Shown here: in pieces, positions 9,546 to 19,991 of the stretch
How the letters are laid out: each line of letters starts with the position of its first letter
How positions within the stretch are numbered: position 1 is the first letter of the stretch
Made by a program: the position numbers and the translations under genes
The notes under the pieces: model-generated
Databases searched by the model: none
What the model was told of the DNA's origin: nothing
Seen by the model: only the letters and a program-made list of their open reading frames with translations
Source: a bacterium
Lineage (GTDB): Bacteria; SM23-31
Length of the DNA: 64,000 nucleotides
NCBI GenBank assembly: GCA_965249485.1
Contig: OZ252239.1
Location: 1,376,001 to 1,440,000 of the forward strand
Direction of reading: 5' to 3'

Positions 9546-12299
9546 TCAATAATATTTTGTAAACCAATTATCTTTAAGTATTACTGCCTTACGAGTCAAT
9601 ACCCGGCTGTTAACCGAAAGTTTAACGGTATATTCACCTGGTGGCTGCTGTATGCCGATATGATCGGGGCTGTCGGGATCAAATGGAACATTTTGATAGT
9701 TAGGAGGATCAAATTCAACATCGTGATAAGAGACTTCCTGAAATTTCGTAAAGGGTTGGTCTAAGAAGTCAGCATATATTAGCTTCCATCGTTCTTTTTC
9801 TTCTTCTGTCCGCTCCCGTCGAGCATCCATTCGCCACTCGACGCTGTTAAGCCCTGCAGAACCTGACCCATGTAGTTCGTTTATCATTCGTTCTCCCTTG
9901 TATACACGAACTATTACATCAGAATTAACGCTGTTTTTCAGGTAATAATTGATCATAAGCCCATAGGGCTCGTTCTCACCGGAGAAGTTCTGGGAACTCA
10001 CAACGTTTTCCCGGGGAATTACCCACTGAACTTTGGGTCCAATGTCAAAAAGGTGGACTTCCTGACCAAAAACCTCCGGTGTCAATTCCTGCAACGGGGA
10101 TATATCGGTTATGAAAAAACCTCGTCCGTATGTTCCCACCACGAGATCATTCTCGCGGGGATGAATGACGAGATCAAGTACCGGTTGGGTCGGCATGTTG
10201 TTTTTCAATTGTGTCCAGTTCCTACCGCCATTTATCGTTACATAGACTGCCTTATCATTCCCGAGAAACAACAGGTCGGGATTCTTATGGTCTTCCTGGA
10301 TCACATTAACCGATTCATTCGGCAGATTTGCGGATAGTGATACCCATGTTTCACCATAATCGGTCGTTTTATACACAAATGGCCGGTAATCATCCATTTC
10401 CCTACCCCGAAACGACACGTACGCAGCACCTGCATAATGGTGTGAGGCTTCAACTCTGCTTACCCAGTATCCGGGATAGCCGGGTATACGGTCATTGAGT
10501 TTTTTCCACGTTTTACCACCGTCGCGTGTCATTTGTACATTTCCGTCATCTGTACCTGCCCAGATTACCCCCGCAGAAACCGGTGATTCGTCGATTGAGG
10601 TAATAGTACCTCTTTCCCGTCGAATAGTGCTAATTTTATTTTCATCATAGTTTGACAGATCGGGACTTATTTCTTCCCAGGATTCACCACGGTTGGGAGA
10701 TTTGAGAAGAACATTAGATCCATGATAAATAGCATTAGGATTGTGAGGAGAGATCATGATCGGGGTATTGAAATTGAACCGCAAGTCGGGATTTTTCCTG
10801 TATTTGATATATTTCCGTCTTCCGGTTTTCTGATCGATGCGCTCAAGTTGGCCATTTTGTGCTTCATTATACATCCAACGGGTGTTTGAAGGATCCACCT
10901 GCACGTGCGATCCGTCTCCGGTTCCCCAATACTGCCAGTCTTCCAACCGGATGGGGTACTTCCCTTTCTTGGTGCTCGGCCCCCTGAAATTACCGTTGTC
11001 CTGCGTACCTCCATACACATTATAAGGATAATCCATATCGACGGCTATTGCATAAAACTGGGCAAGAGGCATTTCATCCGGGTGGTACCAGTTTTCTCCG
11101 GCATCATACGTTATACCCATACCGTGATCGGTACCGAGTAACATGTGGCTTGAATTCTCAGGATCGATCCACATCGCATGGTGGTCATCATAAAAATCAA
11201 CCCGTGCCCTTCTTTTTTCGTCTCGTTCACGGTACGGGGTATCCCATGTTTTACCGGCATCCTTTGTTTCATACATATTGACACTCAAAACATAGATATG
11301 GTTTTCATCATTGGGGTCGACTCTGATCTGACCAAAGCTGGAACCGCCTCGCAATCCATATCCCCTCGGTTGTCCCAGTCTGTTCCACGTTCTCCCTGCA
11401 TTGTCGGTACGGTATACCCTGTTCTGTGAATCTCCACCGGATGGTTCAGGCACATAAATTACGGCATAGAGAATGTCAGGATTACTCAAATAAATATCGA
11501 GACCTATCCTACCCATTCCTCCTTCGGGAAGACCGTCGGTGAGTTTCATCCATGAGTTTCCGCCATTTACCGTTTTATAGATACCGCTACCGTCTCCGCT
11601 GATTCCCATAGTATTCCTCCCACCGGCCGGACGGTCATGACTTGCGGCATAGAGTACTTCAGGATCCCGGGGGTCCATGATAAGGTCGACCACTCCGATA
11701 TCTCTCCCGTCATCTGTAACCGCAAGTGATTTTTCCCAGGTCTTACCCCCATCGGTCGTTTTATATACGCCTCGTTCATAATTTTGTGAGTTAAATCGAC
11801 CCATTGCTGCCACATAGAGAATATCCGGATTATCAGGATGAATCCTGATTCTGCCAATCCGGTGTGATTTCTTTAATCCCATGTTTGTCCAGGTGTTTCC
11901 ACCGTCGGTCGATTTATACACACCGTCACCCCAATAATCTCTCTCGAATGTCGCTTCCCCGGTACCGACCCACACGACATTTGGCTTTGAGGGAGCAACG
12001 GCAACATCTCCGATGGCAATCGAATTTTCATGATCAAATATTGGTCTGTACGTAATCCCATTATTGTCCGTTTTCCAGAGTCCTCCTGAAGCTGTTGCCA
12101 CGTAAAACGTGTAGGGTTGCAATACAGGTAGTGCAAAATCAGTGATCCTGCCGCTCTGCCTGGTAGGACCGATCGAACGGTAATGAAATGTTTCAATAAT
12201 ATTTTCCGGGATTGGCTGACTGTACGTCGTCTGAACAATAAAAAGAGACGTAAACATGGTTATAAGAAAAAAACAGGCATACGTGGTATTATTTTTCAT
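9546..12299 (-). CDS. Exported Asp-box/BNR (VPS10-like) beta-propeller protein, putative glycosyl hydrolase
   Basis: Signal peptide; many (S/T)xDxGxTW Asp-boxes; YRSIGP..SGRI, GGTQDNG, LVIHPRENDLVVGTYGRG. Confidence 0.85.
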   Translation of the reverse strand: MKNNTTYACFFLITMFTSLFIVQTTYSQPIPENIIETFHYRSIGPTRQSGRITDFALPVLQPYTFYVATASGGLWKTDNNGITYRPIFDHENSIAIGDVAVAPSKPNVVWVGTGEATFERDYWGDGVYKSTDGGNTWTNMGLKKSHRIGRIRIHPDNPDILYVAAMGRFNSQNYERGVYKTTDGGKTWEKSLAVTDDGRDIGVVDLIMDPRDPEVLYAASHDRPAGGRNTMGISGDGSGIYKTVNGGNSWMKLTDGLPEGGMGRIGLDIYLSNPDILYAVIYVPEPSGGDSQNRVYRTDNAGRTWNRLGQPRGYGLRGGSSFGQIRVDPNDENHIYVLSVNMYETKDAGKTWDTPYRERDEKRRARVDFYDDHHAMWIDPENSSHMLLGTDHGMGITYDAGENWYHPDEMPLAQFYAIAVDMDYPYNVYGGTQDNGNFRGPSTKKGKYPIRLEDWQYWGTGDGSHVQVDPSNTRWMYNEAQNGQLERIDQKTGRRKYIKYRKNPDLRFNFNTPIMISPHNPNAIYHGSNVLLKSPNRGESWEEISPDLSNYDENKISTIRRERGTITSIDESPVSAGVIWAGTDDGNVQMTRDGGKTWKKLNDRIPGYPGYWVSRVEASHHYAGAAYVSFRGREMDDYRPFVYKTTDYGETWVSLSANLPNESVNVIQEDHKNPDLLFLGNDKAVYVTINGGRNWTQLKNNMPTQPVLDLVIHPRENDLVVGTYGRGFFITDISPLQELTPEVFGQEVHLFDIGPKVQWVIPRENVVSSQNFSGENEPYGLMINYYLKNSVNSDVIVRVYKGERMINELHGSGSAGLNSVEWRMDARRERTEEEKERWKLIYADFLDQPFTKFQEVSYHDVEFDPPNYQNVPFDPDSPDHIGIQQPPGEYTVKLSVNSRVLTRKAVILKDNWFTKYY

Positions 12300-12390
12300 C
12301 ACTTTTCCTCGTTTATTAAATAAGTATTATGTAGTAAAGTAAAACCATAATTGAAATATTACAAAGTTATTTTGATGAAAATCAGATTTA

Positions 12391-12440
12391 ACGATATACC
12401 ATTTCATTGTAGAAAGAATACAACACATTTATAATCCTCT
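12391..12440 (+). repeat. Dispersed intergenic element, partial copy D (right-end fragment also at 12579-12599)
   Basis: ATACCATTTCATT...CACATTTATAATCCTC; GGGAGCAGAAAATCCTTGTAA at 12579. Confidence 0.55.
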
Positions 12441-12653
12441 GGGATAGACACAGGTTGAATGTGGGTTTGGATAACCTTTTTTCAGGACAAATGTCTTCGC
12501 ACAATGCACAACATTATTTAATTAAAAAATACTCATAATCCAAGAAAATACTGATTTTCAAGGTGGAATATATGATTGGGGAGCAGAAAATCCTTGTAAA
12601 AGTTCAATGATTCTCTTAATATTTATCATCATAAGCCAAAAGAGGAGCACGTC

Positions 12654-14162
12654 ATGATATCTCGGGTAATGGTACTTTGTATTGCTGTGCTGTTCACACT
12701 ACCGTGTGCTAATGTTCAGGCTCAGGAAGAGGACGATCTGAAGGAAATGAAAAATCAGATTCGTCGGGATAAGTTTGACCTTATCCTACCGCAGGTAATG
12801 AAGGATAACAATATCGACATGTGGATTCATATCATCAGAGAAGCGATTTCTGATCCCTTTGGTGCGGAAGACCTGGGGAGTGCGTCTGGTGTTTTCATCT
12901 TTACCGATCGTGGCGGTGACAGGATCGAACGGGCAATTCTCGGTCGCCGATTTGTAGATTTGGGTTCGAGCAATGAGGAGACGAGACGTCTGAGTAAGAC
13001 GACAGTGATGAGCGGAGGAATCGCGGAGATCTCGACCGTCTTTTCGGCGGAATTGGTTGAAGAAAGTGGAGCCTACGACATAATCGGCGAAGCAACTGAA
13101 CGGAAGGAATATCCGGGAGGCGCGCTAACGGAACTTGATCACCGGTTTAAAGGCATTGGAGAATTTGTTGCCGAACGTGATCCCAAACGCATTGGTGTAA
13201 ATTTCCTGGAAAAGCATGGATCACACGTGGGTGACATCTCAGAAGACGGCATTTCGCATACAGACTACATCCTGTTGGCAAAAGCTCTTGGTGATAAATA
13301 TGCAAAGAGGCTGGTCTCGTCTGAATATCTGTTACATGATTACATATCGAGGCCAGTGAAAAGCGAATTCGCACTCTATAAGAGAATGCGAAAATATATC
13401 GCAGAGACTCATGAGAGAGATTGGGCTAAAATCGTGCCGGGTGTAACCAAATTCCCCAGTCTTGAAGGTGCTCATTATATCGTTGATAAGGACGGAAAGA
13501 GAACTGGTTGGGCTGCACCGTTGGATCCGGAACGGTCCGCCGCGGCTGAAAGAAGCGATGACTATGTGATCCGGAGAGGCGACCTGATTCATCTAAGGCT
13601 TGGATATCATAGTAGTTATCATGGCGCCTCCGGTTTGGAATTGAAATTCGGGAACTACTATGAGCACATAGATGAAATCGGCTATGTGCTTCGTGAAGGA
13701 GAGACGGGACCGCCTCCAGAGATCAATAAAGCCTGGGCAGATGTAATGAAAATCCATGATATTTTAGAAGATAACATCAAGGTGGGTCGTACCGGTACGG
13801 AAATATATGAAACCTCCAGGCGGGAACTTGATGAAGCCGGGTTTATTGTTAACGACAGCGGAGAATATTCCAAAGATGTGGATCCTGATAAAACCCAGGT
13901 TAATATCGACGCACATGCCGCATCACAGGAAATGTCAACGTTTCCTGCCCCCAGGATCGGTTCGTATGGTCCGGATTGGCACCATGATATGAAAATCCCG
14001 CTCAATCACCACTTCTTTTTTGAATACTCCGTCTATATTCCGATGCCCGACTGGGGTGAAGGAAAATATTTAATGATACAAATGCATGACGGTGCGGTTG
14101 TCACCGAACGAGGAGTCGAGTATGTAACTCCTCCGCTCAGGGAAATTCGTCTTATTCAATAA
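12654..14162 (+). CDS. Exported M24-like (Xaa-Pro aminopeptidase fold) protein, degenerate metal ligands
   Basis: LILPQVM..NNIDMWI, ERDPKRIGVN, DGISHTDY, GYVLREGET; paralog of 43055 and 45149. Confidence 0.75.
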   Translation: MISRVMVLCIAVLFTLPCANVQAQEEDDLKEMKNQIRRDKFDLILPQVMKDNNIDMWIHIIREAISDPFGAEDLGSASGVFIFTDRGGDRIERAILGRRFVDLGSSNEETRRLSKTTVMSGGIAEISTVFSAELVEESGAYDIIGEATERKEYPGGALTELDHRFKGIGEFVAERDPKRIGVNFLEKHGSHVGDISEDGISHTDYILLAKALGDKYAKRLVSSEYLLHDYISRPVKSEFALYKRMRKYIAETHERDWAKIVPGVTKFPSLEGAHYIVDKDGKRTGWAAPLDPERSAAAERSDDYVIRRGDLIHLRLGYHSSYHGASGLELKFGNYYEHIDEIGYVLREGETGPPPEINKAWADVMKIHDILEDNIKVGRTGTEIYETSRRELDEAGFIVNDSGEYSKDVDPDKTQVNIDAHAASQEMSTFPAPRIGSYGPDWHHDMKIPLNHHFFFEYSVYIPMPDWGEGKYLMIQMHDGAVVTERGVEYVTPPLREIRLIQ

Positions 14163-14257
14163 TGTCAGACTCTGCAGAAGGTTGCTTGTTCGATAGTGAA
14201 AATTTGTCCATATATTTCCCGGATCTATCTTCCGCTCCCAGTATAATATATAAGCAA

Positions 14258-14291
14258 AAAGGTTCGCGAATCCTACAGCCCGAGGAGTAAA
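14258..14291 (+). repeat. Short core-motif copy overlapping the RBS of the next gene
   Basis: AAAGGTTCGCGAATCCTACAGCCCGAGGAGTAAA immediately before ATG 14293. Confidence 0.8.
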
Positions 14292-14292
14292 C

Positions 14293-14586
14293 ATGACCAA
14301 CAAAACAAATTCAAAGAAAAGCAATTCCGACAAAAAACTGGTGAAGAAGTATAAGGCCTTAATAACCCAGATCGATGGTTTATTTAAAGAACAGGCAGGT
14401 ATTATAAAAGATTTAAACACAAGCAGCAGTAACACTTTCAAGGAAAAGTCAGCCGCTTTTAAAAATCACCACGAGATAATTAATGAGAAAGTGCGTGAAT
14501 TAGAGGAAATGCAAAAGGAATTCTTAAAGAGGGGACTCGCAATCGAAGACAATATTTTAGAGATCATTAACAAAGAAACCAAATAA
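14293..14586 (+). CDS. Hypothetical charged coiled-coil protein
   Basis: 97-aa ORF with GAGGAG RBS, K/E-rich helical pattern. Confidence 0.55.
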   Translation: MTNKTNSKKSNSDKKLVKKYKALITQIDGLFKEQAGIIKDLNTSSSNTFKEKSAAFKNHHEIINEKVRELEEMQKEFLKRGLAIEDNILEIINKETK

Positions 14587-15201
14587 AATTACCAATTTCA
14601 GGAATCATGAACATTGTAGCCTCGGTTAAGTATAAGCGGGATCCTTATGTATGGTTAGTGATGTATGTGGTTGAGTTACATGATTGAAGGGGTATAAAAC
14701 TCTTTGTGGAAAATACATCCCTTACTATATTAATAATGGTACTCTCAATATTCTGACAACGTACTTCATATATCAAATTGTTATCTAATTTCGATAAAAT
14801 CCAATTATTCTAGTTCAATAGTTCAATAGTTTGATATTGGGGATATAAAATACAGATACCCGGTCAAACAAAAATTCATATTATGAGACAAGTGCAAATT
14901 TTCGTATATTGTTCATGACATCACTTCATACTGATTCCGGACTCCTCGAATAGAGGCCAACATTTCATGTAATTGCCCGCTGGAACAATTTTTCGGTGTA
15001 TAAATGATTCAAAAAAACAGATTTTTTTCTTGCAGTCAATGACCGGTTTTAACGGGCATCACAGCATATAAATAAAAATAGTTGAAATTTTATAACGTAT
15101 CGTACAGCTTTCAAAAGTATGAATCGCATAACGAAAAACAGTATTTACTGCGGACGATGAATGTTAGAACTGAATGGCAATCACACTATGTATAAGGAGA
15201 A

Positions 15202-18200
15202 ATGATAATGAAACGAATGCAATTTAATGGACTTATTTTCGTGACGTATATCATTGTGCTTCTCACTATAGCACAACCGGGCGATCTACCGGCGCAAAAT
15301 GAATCTGAACTTCTGGAATCGACTGCGAATAATCTTCATTTTCGAAATATCGGTCCTGCCATCATGGGGGGAAGGATCGATGATATTGCTGTTGTGGAGA
15401 GTGATCCCTATACGATATATATAGGGACCGCTGCCGGAGGTTTGTGGAAAACAGTCAATAACGGAGTAACCTGGCGGCCGATATTCGATGATCAGAAAAC
15501 GAGTTCAATCGGCGCTGTCTCAATAGCGCCTTCTAATCCAGAAATACTCTGGGTAGGGACTGGTGAAGCGAATAACCGGCAGAGTTCATCGTGGGGTAGT
15601 GGTGTGATGAAAAGTTATGACGGAGGAGCTACCTGGAAACATACAGGCCTGGAGGACACCCATCATATCGGCGGGATAGCCATTGATCATACTGATCCGG
15701 ATGTCGTTTTTATTGCTGCTGCCGGACACCTTTGGGGACCGAATGAAGACCGGGGGCTGTACAGAACGCTCAATGGCGGTGATTCGTGGGAAAAGGTTCT
15801 ATACATCGATGATGATACCGGCTGTATCGACGTTAAGATGGATCCATCGAACAATAAGATCATCTACGCGGCGATGTATCAGCGGAGAAGAAGAGGATGG
15901 GGATTTATTGGCGGTGGATCGGGGAGCGGTCTGTATAAATCGATAGACGGCGGATCAACATGGAAGCAATTAACCAATGGACTTCCGAATGGAGATACCG
16001 GCAGGATAGGCATCGATATTTACTTAAAGGATCCGAATGTAGTGTATACCACATATGAGAACAAAAACGGCGGCATTTTCAGATCTGAAGACAAAGGTGA
16101 ATCGTGGGTCAAAATGAGCGATACTAATCCGCGTCCGATGTATTACAGCACTATCAGAATAGATCCAAATAACGATCAGAGGATATGGGTACTCGGTGCA
16201 CGGATGTATACATCGATAGACGGAGGCAAGACATTCGTTACCGATGTTGTATCGAGGATACATGGGGATCATCAGGCACTCTGGATTGATCCGGCAAATT
16301 CCGATCACATGATTGTCGGATCGGATGGCGGTATTTATTTTTCATATGACAAAGGCATTGCTTGGGATTTCATCAATACACTGCCGCTGGCACAGTTTTA
16401 TGAGATTGGGTATGATATGCGAGAACCGTATAACGTATACGGGGGATTGCAGGATAATGGAAGCTGGCAGGGACCATCGGCAACGAAAAACCGTATCGGT
16501 ATCACCAACGATGATTGGTTCACTGTCGGGGGAGGTGATGGTTTTTACACGCAGGTTGAACTCACCGATCAGGAATTACTCTATCTCGAGAGCCAGAACG
16601 GTGAACTGATGTTCTTCAATCTGAATACAAAAGAAAGTAAATTCATTTATCCCGAACCCGGTGATGGTGAGGAATCGTACCGGTTCAACTGGAATTCTCC
16701 TATAGTGGTGTCGTCACACAATTCTGATATAATTTACTTTGGCGGTAATAGACTGTTCAGATCGGAAGATAAAGGAATCAACTGGACAAGAAGTAAAGAC
16801 CTCACTAAACAAAAGGACAGGAAAGAGCTGCCGTTCATGGGAATGCTTCCCGACGAGAATAGCCTTTCACTCAATGACGGGACTAATTCATATGGAGATA
16901 TCATAACGATTGCTGAATCACCGATGACACAGGGTGTGCTTTGGATAGGTACCGATGACGGAAATGTGCAGCTCACCCGTGATGACGGCGCGACATGGAC
17001 AGATATGACCGAAAAGTTTCCCGATTTACCGGATGATACATACGTCAGCAGAATCGCCGCATCCAACTTTGACGAATCACGTGCCTATGTAACGTTTGAC
17101 GGTCACCGAAACAACGATTTTAAGTCTTATGTCTACGTTACGGACAATTTTGGACGCGCCTGGCGTTCGATAAACAGCGGCTTACCTGAGGGCGGTACCG
17201 TTAATGTAATAAGAGAACATCACAGGAATCCTAACCTGTTGTTCATCGGTACGGAGCGTGAAGCATATTTTTCAATCAACCGGGGAAGCTCATGGACAAG
17301 ATTCAATAATATTCCGGTCGTTCCAGTTGATGATATTGCAATTCACCCCCGCGAGAATGACCTGATTCTCGGAACTCATGGAAGGAGTATCTACATTCTC
17401 GATGACATCACTTCACTTGAATTACTCACCGAGGATGTTCTGTCAAGAGAAATGTTTCTTTTTCCTGTTCGTGATGCGGAACGATTCCAATTTTACAACG
17501 GAAAACCTAGTCCCGGATTCAAGATATTCACCGGTGAAAATCCCGAATTTGGAGCGCTTATCACCTACTATTTAAATACTCACCTCGATACCGATGATGA
17601 AGTTCTCATCAACATCAATGATGATACCGGCTCAATTCGTACACTGAAAGGTTCGAAAGTGAAAGGTTTCAACAGGATTGCATGGGATTTACGCTCGGAA
17701 AGTCTCGATGACGATAGCCGGGCGCCCTTTGTCCTTCCTGGTGATTACACTATCGAATTATCAGTGAAAGGAATGAAGGAAACAGCAGCAGTCAGAGTAA
17801 AACTCGATCCTCGGATATCAGTCACGATGGCAGATTTGCGTGCACAGCGTTCAGCAGCGTTAAAGATTCACAAGTTGGAAGTCATTTCATCGTCGGCAGT
17901 GGAAAAAATTAAGGATCTTCAAAATCAGGTAACTGAGATATCCGAATCGGAAAAATCGCCGCAGGTTCCCGGTTCGGTGTCCGATGATATCCGGTTGTTA
18001 TCTGATAATCTTCAGAATCTCACTACTCAACTGAGAAGAGAAGGGCAGGAGAATAGTGATCGATCTATCTTGAGATTGATCGGAAATCTAGAAGAAAATA
18101 TTAACGGATATACTGCGGCTCCGACTTCGAGACGGTTAGAACAAATTAGATCATTAGAAATAAAAGTTGATTCGATTCTTGACAATCTGAACCGGATAAT

Positions 18201-18294
18201 AACAGTAGAGATCCCTGCGGTCAATAGGAAATTAAATGAATACGGAGCGCCATTTCTGGATCCTGGTTCAATTATTGAATTATCCGACAGATGA
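15202..18294 (+). CDS. Exported Asp-box/BNR (VPS10-like) beta-propeller protein with C-terminal helical extension
   Basis: FRNIGPAIMGGRIDDI, repeated Asp-boxes, GGLQDNGSW, HPRENDLILGTHGRS; AAGGAG RBS. Confidence 0.88.
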   Translation: MIMKRMQFNGLIFVTYIIVLLTIAQPGDLPAQNESELLESTANNLHFRNIGPAIMGGRIDDIAVVESDPYTIYIGTAAGGLWKTVNNGVTWRPIFDDQKTSSIGAVSIAPSNPEILWVGTGEANNRQSSSWGSGVMKSYDGGATWKHTGLEDTHHIGGIAIDHTDPDVVFIAAAGHLWGPNEDRGLYRTLNGGDSWEKVLYIDDDTGCIDVKMDPSNNKIIYAAMYQRRRRGWGFIGGGSGSGLYKSIDGGSTWKQLTNGLPNGDTGRIGIDIYLKDPNVVYTTYENKNGGIFRSEDKGESWVKMSDTNPRPMYYSTIRIDPNNDQRIWVLGARMYTSIDGGKTFVTDVVSRIHGDHQALWIDPANSDHMIVGSDGGIYFSYDKGIAWDFINTLPLAQFYEIGYDMREPYNVYGGLQDNGSWQGPSATKNRIGITNDDWFTVGGGDGFYTQVELTDQELLYLESQNGELMFFNLNTKESKFIYPEPGDGEESYRFNWNSPIVVSSHNSDIIYFGGNRLFRSEDKGINWTRSKDLTKQKDRKELPFMGMLPDENSLSLNDGTNSYGDIITIAESPMTQGVLWIGTDDGNVQLTRDDGATWTDMTEKFPDLPDDTYVSRIAASNFDESRAYVTFDGHRNNDFKSYVYVTDNFGRAWRSINSGLPEGGTVNVIREHHRNPNLLFIGTEREAYFSINRGSSWTRFNNIPVVPVDDIAIHPRENDLILGTHGRSIYILDDITSLELLTEDVLSREMFLFPVRDAERFQFYNGKPSPGFKIFTGENPEFGALITYYLNTHLDTDDEVLININDDTGSIRTLKGSKVKGFNRIAWDLRSESLDDDSRAPFVLPGDYTIELSVKGMKETAAVRVKLDPRISVTMADLRAQRSAALKIHKLEVISSSAVEKIKDLQNQVTEISESEKSPQVPGSVSDDIRLLSDNLQNLTTQLRREGQENSDRSILRLIGNLEENINGYTAAPTSRRLEQIRSLEIKVDSILDNLNRIITVEIPAVNRKLNEYGAPFLDPGSIIELSDR

Positions 18295-18525
18295 AGGTAA
18301 CAACAAGTCCGCTATTAATCTGATCCACTAAAAATACCTTAACGCAGGGTACTAAATGTATTAATTGAAGTCGGATAAATGTATCGAGCATGGCTATATT
18401 AAGCGATGCCATGATTTTTCTAGTGCACTTTATTTTCATTACATTATATAATGGCCTATTTTTAACCTGAACACCTAATTTGTTTAAACACAGGAAATGC
18501 TGAATTTGCCAATTTGGAGACTGAT

Positions 18526-19944
18526 ATGAGTAAGCAAAACTTTGGAATGATTGGATTAGGTGTCATGGGGCGAAATCTTACCATGAATATCGAAAGAAAT
18601 GGATTCTCGGTTGTGGGATTTGATAAAGATATAAACAAAGATAATACTGCTCTAAAAGATTTTGAAGGGAAAAACATTATTGTAACGGAGTCGATAGAAG
18701 AATTTCTCAAGAATCTTGAAAAACCGCATATTATAATGATACAGGTGCCCGCAGGAAACCCCGTAGATTCTGTAATAGGTGATCTCAAACCGCATTTATC
18801 TCGGGGTGATGTAATAATCGATGGTGGTAACTCTTTTTTTAAAGATACAAACCTGAGAAATGAAGAATTGAAAAAGGATGACATTCTTTATATAGGAGCC
18901 GGAGTCAGTGGAGGTGAAATGGGTGCACTGTTCGGCCCATCAATAATGCCGGGGGGAAATCCTGATGCATGGTCGAAAGTTAAACCTATTCTTCAAGCAA
19001 TATCCGCTAAAGTGGATAACGGAACGCCATGCTGCGACTGGATTGGTAGTGGTGGAGCCGGGCATTTTGTCAAAATGGTTCACAACGGCATTGAATACAG
19101 CGATATGCAGATGATTTGCGAAGCATATTTTCTCATGGATAAATTCCTGAAGTTAACTCCCGAAGAAATGAAGGTTATATTTGCAGATTGGAATGAAGGT
19201 GAGTTGAACAGTTATTTGATTGAAATTACCAGTAGAATTATGGCGAAAAAAGATCCCGAAACGGGAAATTCTATGATAAATATTATTCTTGATACTGCCG
19301 GTCAGAAAGGGACTGGAAAATGGACGAGCAAGATTGCACTTGATTTGGGAATTCCTGCACAGACAATCGCCGAAGCTGTATTTGCAAGAACTTTAAGCGC
19401 GGCTAAAGAGGAACGGGTAGCTGCTGCTAAAGAATTAAAGGGCCCGTCGAATACATTTAAGGGAAATAAAAAGGAATTTATCGAAAAAATCAGAAAAGCC
19501 CTTTACGCGTCAAAAATATGCTCTTATGCGCAGGGTTTTCAGTTAATTCGGGCTGCTTCAAAAGAGTATAACTGGGATATAAAGATTGGAAATTTAGCGA
19601 TGATTTGGCGTGGAGGATGCATAATCCAGGCTCAATTTTTGGATAGAATCATAGATGCGTATGAAAGTAATCCGAATATTCCCAATTTACTATTGGATAC
19701 CCATTTCAAATCAGTTATGGAATCGTATCAAAATGCTTGGAGAGACGTTGTTGTTCAAGCTATTAATTTAGGGGTGCCGGTTCCAGCATTCAGCAGTGCA
19801 TTATCCTATTACGACGGTTACCGAAGCAGTCGATTACCAGCAAATTTACTCCAGGCCCAAAGAGACTATTTTGGTGCACACAAGTATGAACGTGTAGATA
19901 GACCGCGAAATCAGTTTTTTCATACAGATTGGTTGAAAGATTAG
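18526..19944 (+). CDS. gnd: 6-phosphogluconate dehydrogenase (decarboxylating)
   Basis: GLGVMG, IDGGNS, GAGHFVKMVHNGIEY, GQKGTGKW, QAQRDYFGAH. Confidence 0.96.
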   Translation: MSKQNFGMIGLGVMGRNLTMNIERNGFSVVGFDKDINKDNTALKDFEGKNIIVTESIEEFLKNLEKPHIIMIQVPAGNPVDSVIGDLKPHLSRGDVIIDGGNSFFKDTNLRNEELKKDDILYIGAGVSGGEMGALFGPSIMPGGNPDAWSKVKPILQAISAKVDNGTPCCDWIGSGGAGHFVKMVHNGIEYSDMQMICEAYFLMDKFLKLTPEEMKVIFADWNEGELNSYLIEITSRIMAKKDPETGNSMINIILDTAGQKGTGKWTSKIALDLGIPAQTIAEAVFARTLSAAKEERVAAAKELKGPSNTFKGNKKEFIEKIRKALYASKICSYAQGFQLIRAASKEYNWDIKIGNLAMIWRGGCIIQAQFLDRIIDAYESNPNIPNLLLDTHFKSVMESYQNAWRDVVVQAINLGVPVPAFSSALSYYDGYRSSRLPANLLQAQRDYFGAHKYERVDRPRNQFFHTDWLKD

Positions 19945-19991
19945 ACCAGTCTTATTAAATTGGTTCTAAAAACAATTTGTGTAAGACTGGT
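19945..19991. terminator. Long hairpin directly after gnd (terminator or palindromic element)
   Basis: ACCAGTCTTA..AAATTG / CAATTT..TAAGACTGGT inverted repeat followed by ATTTT. Confidence 0.55.

Noticed and set aside
3973..15110. CRISPR array or classical integron attC array
   Set aside because: Repeats are kilobases apart and degenerate, with no regular spacers or cas genes; no RYYYAAC...GTTRRRY attC palindrome or intI is evident
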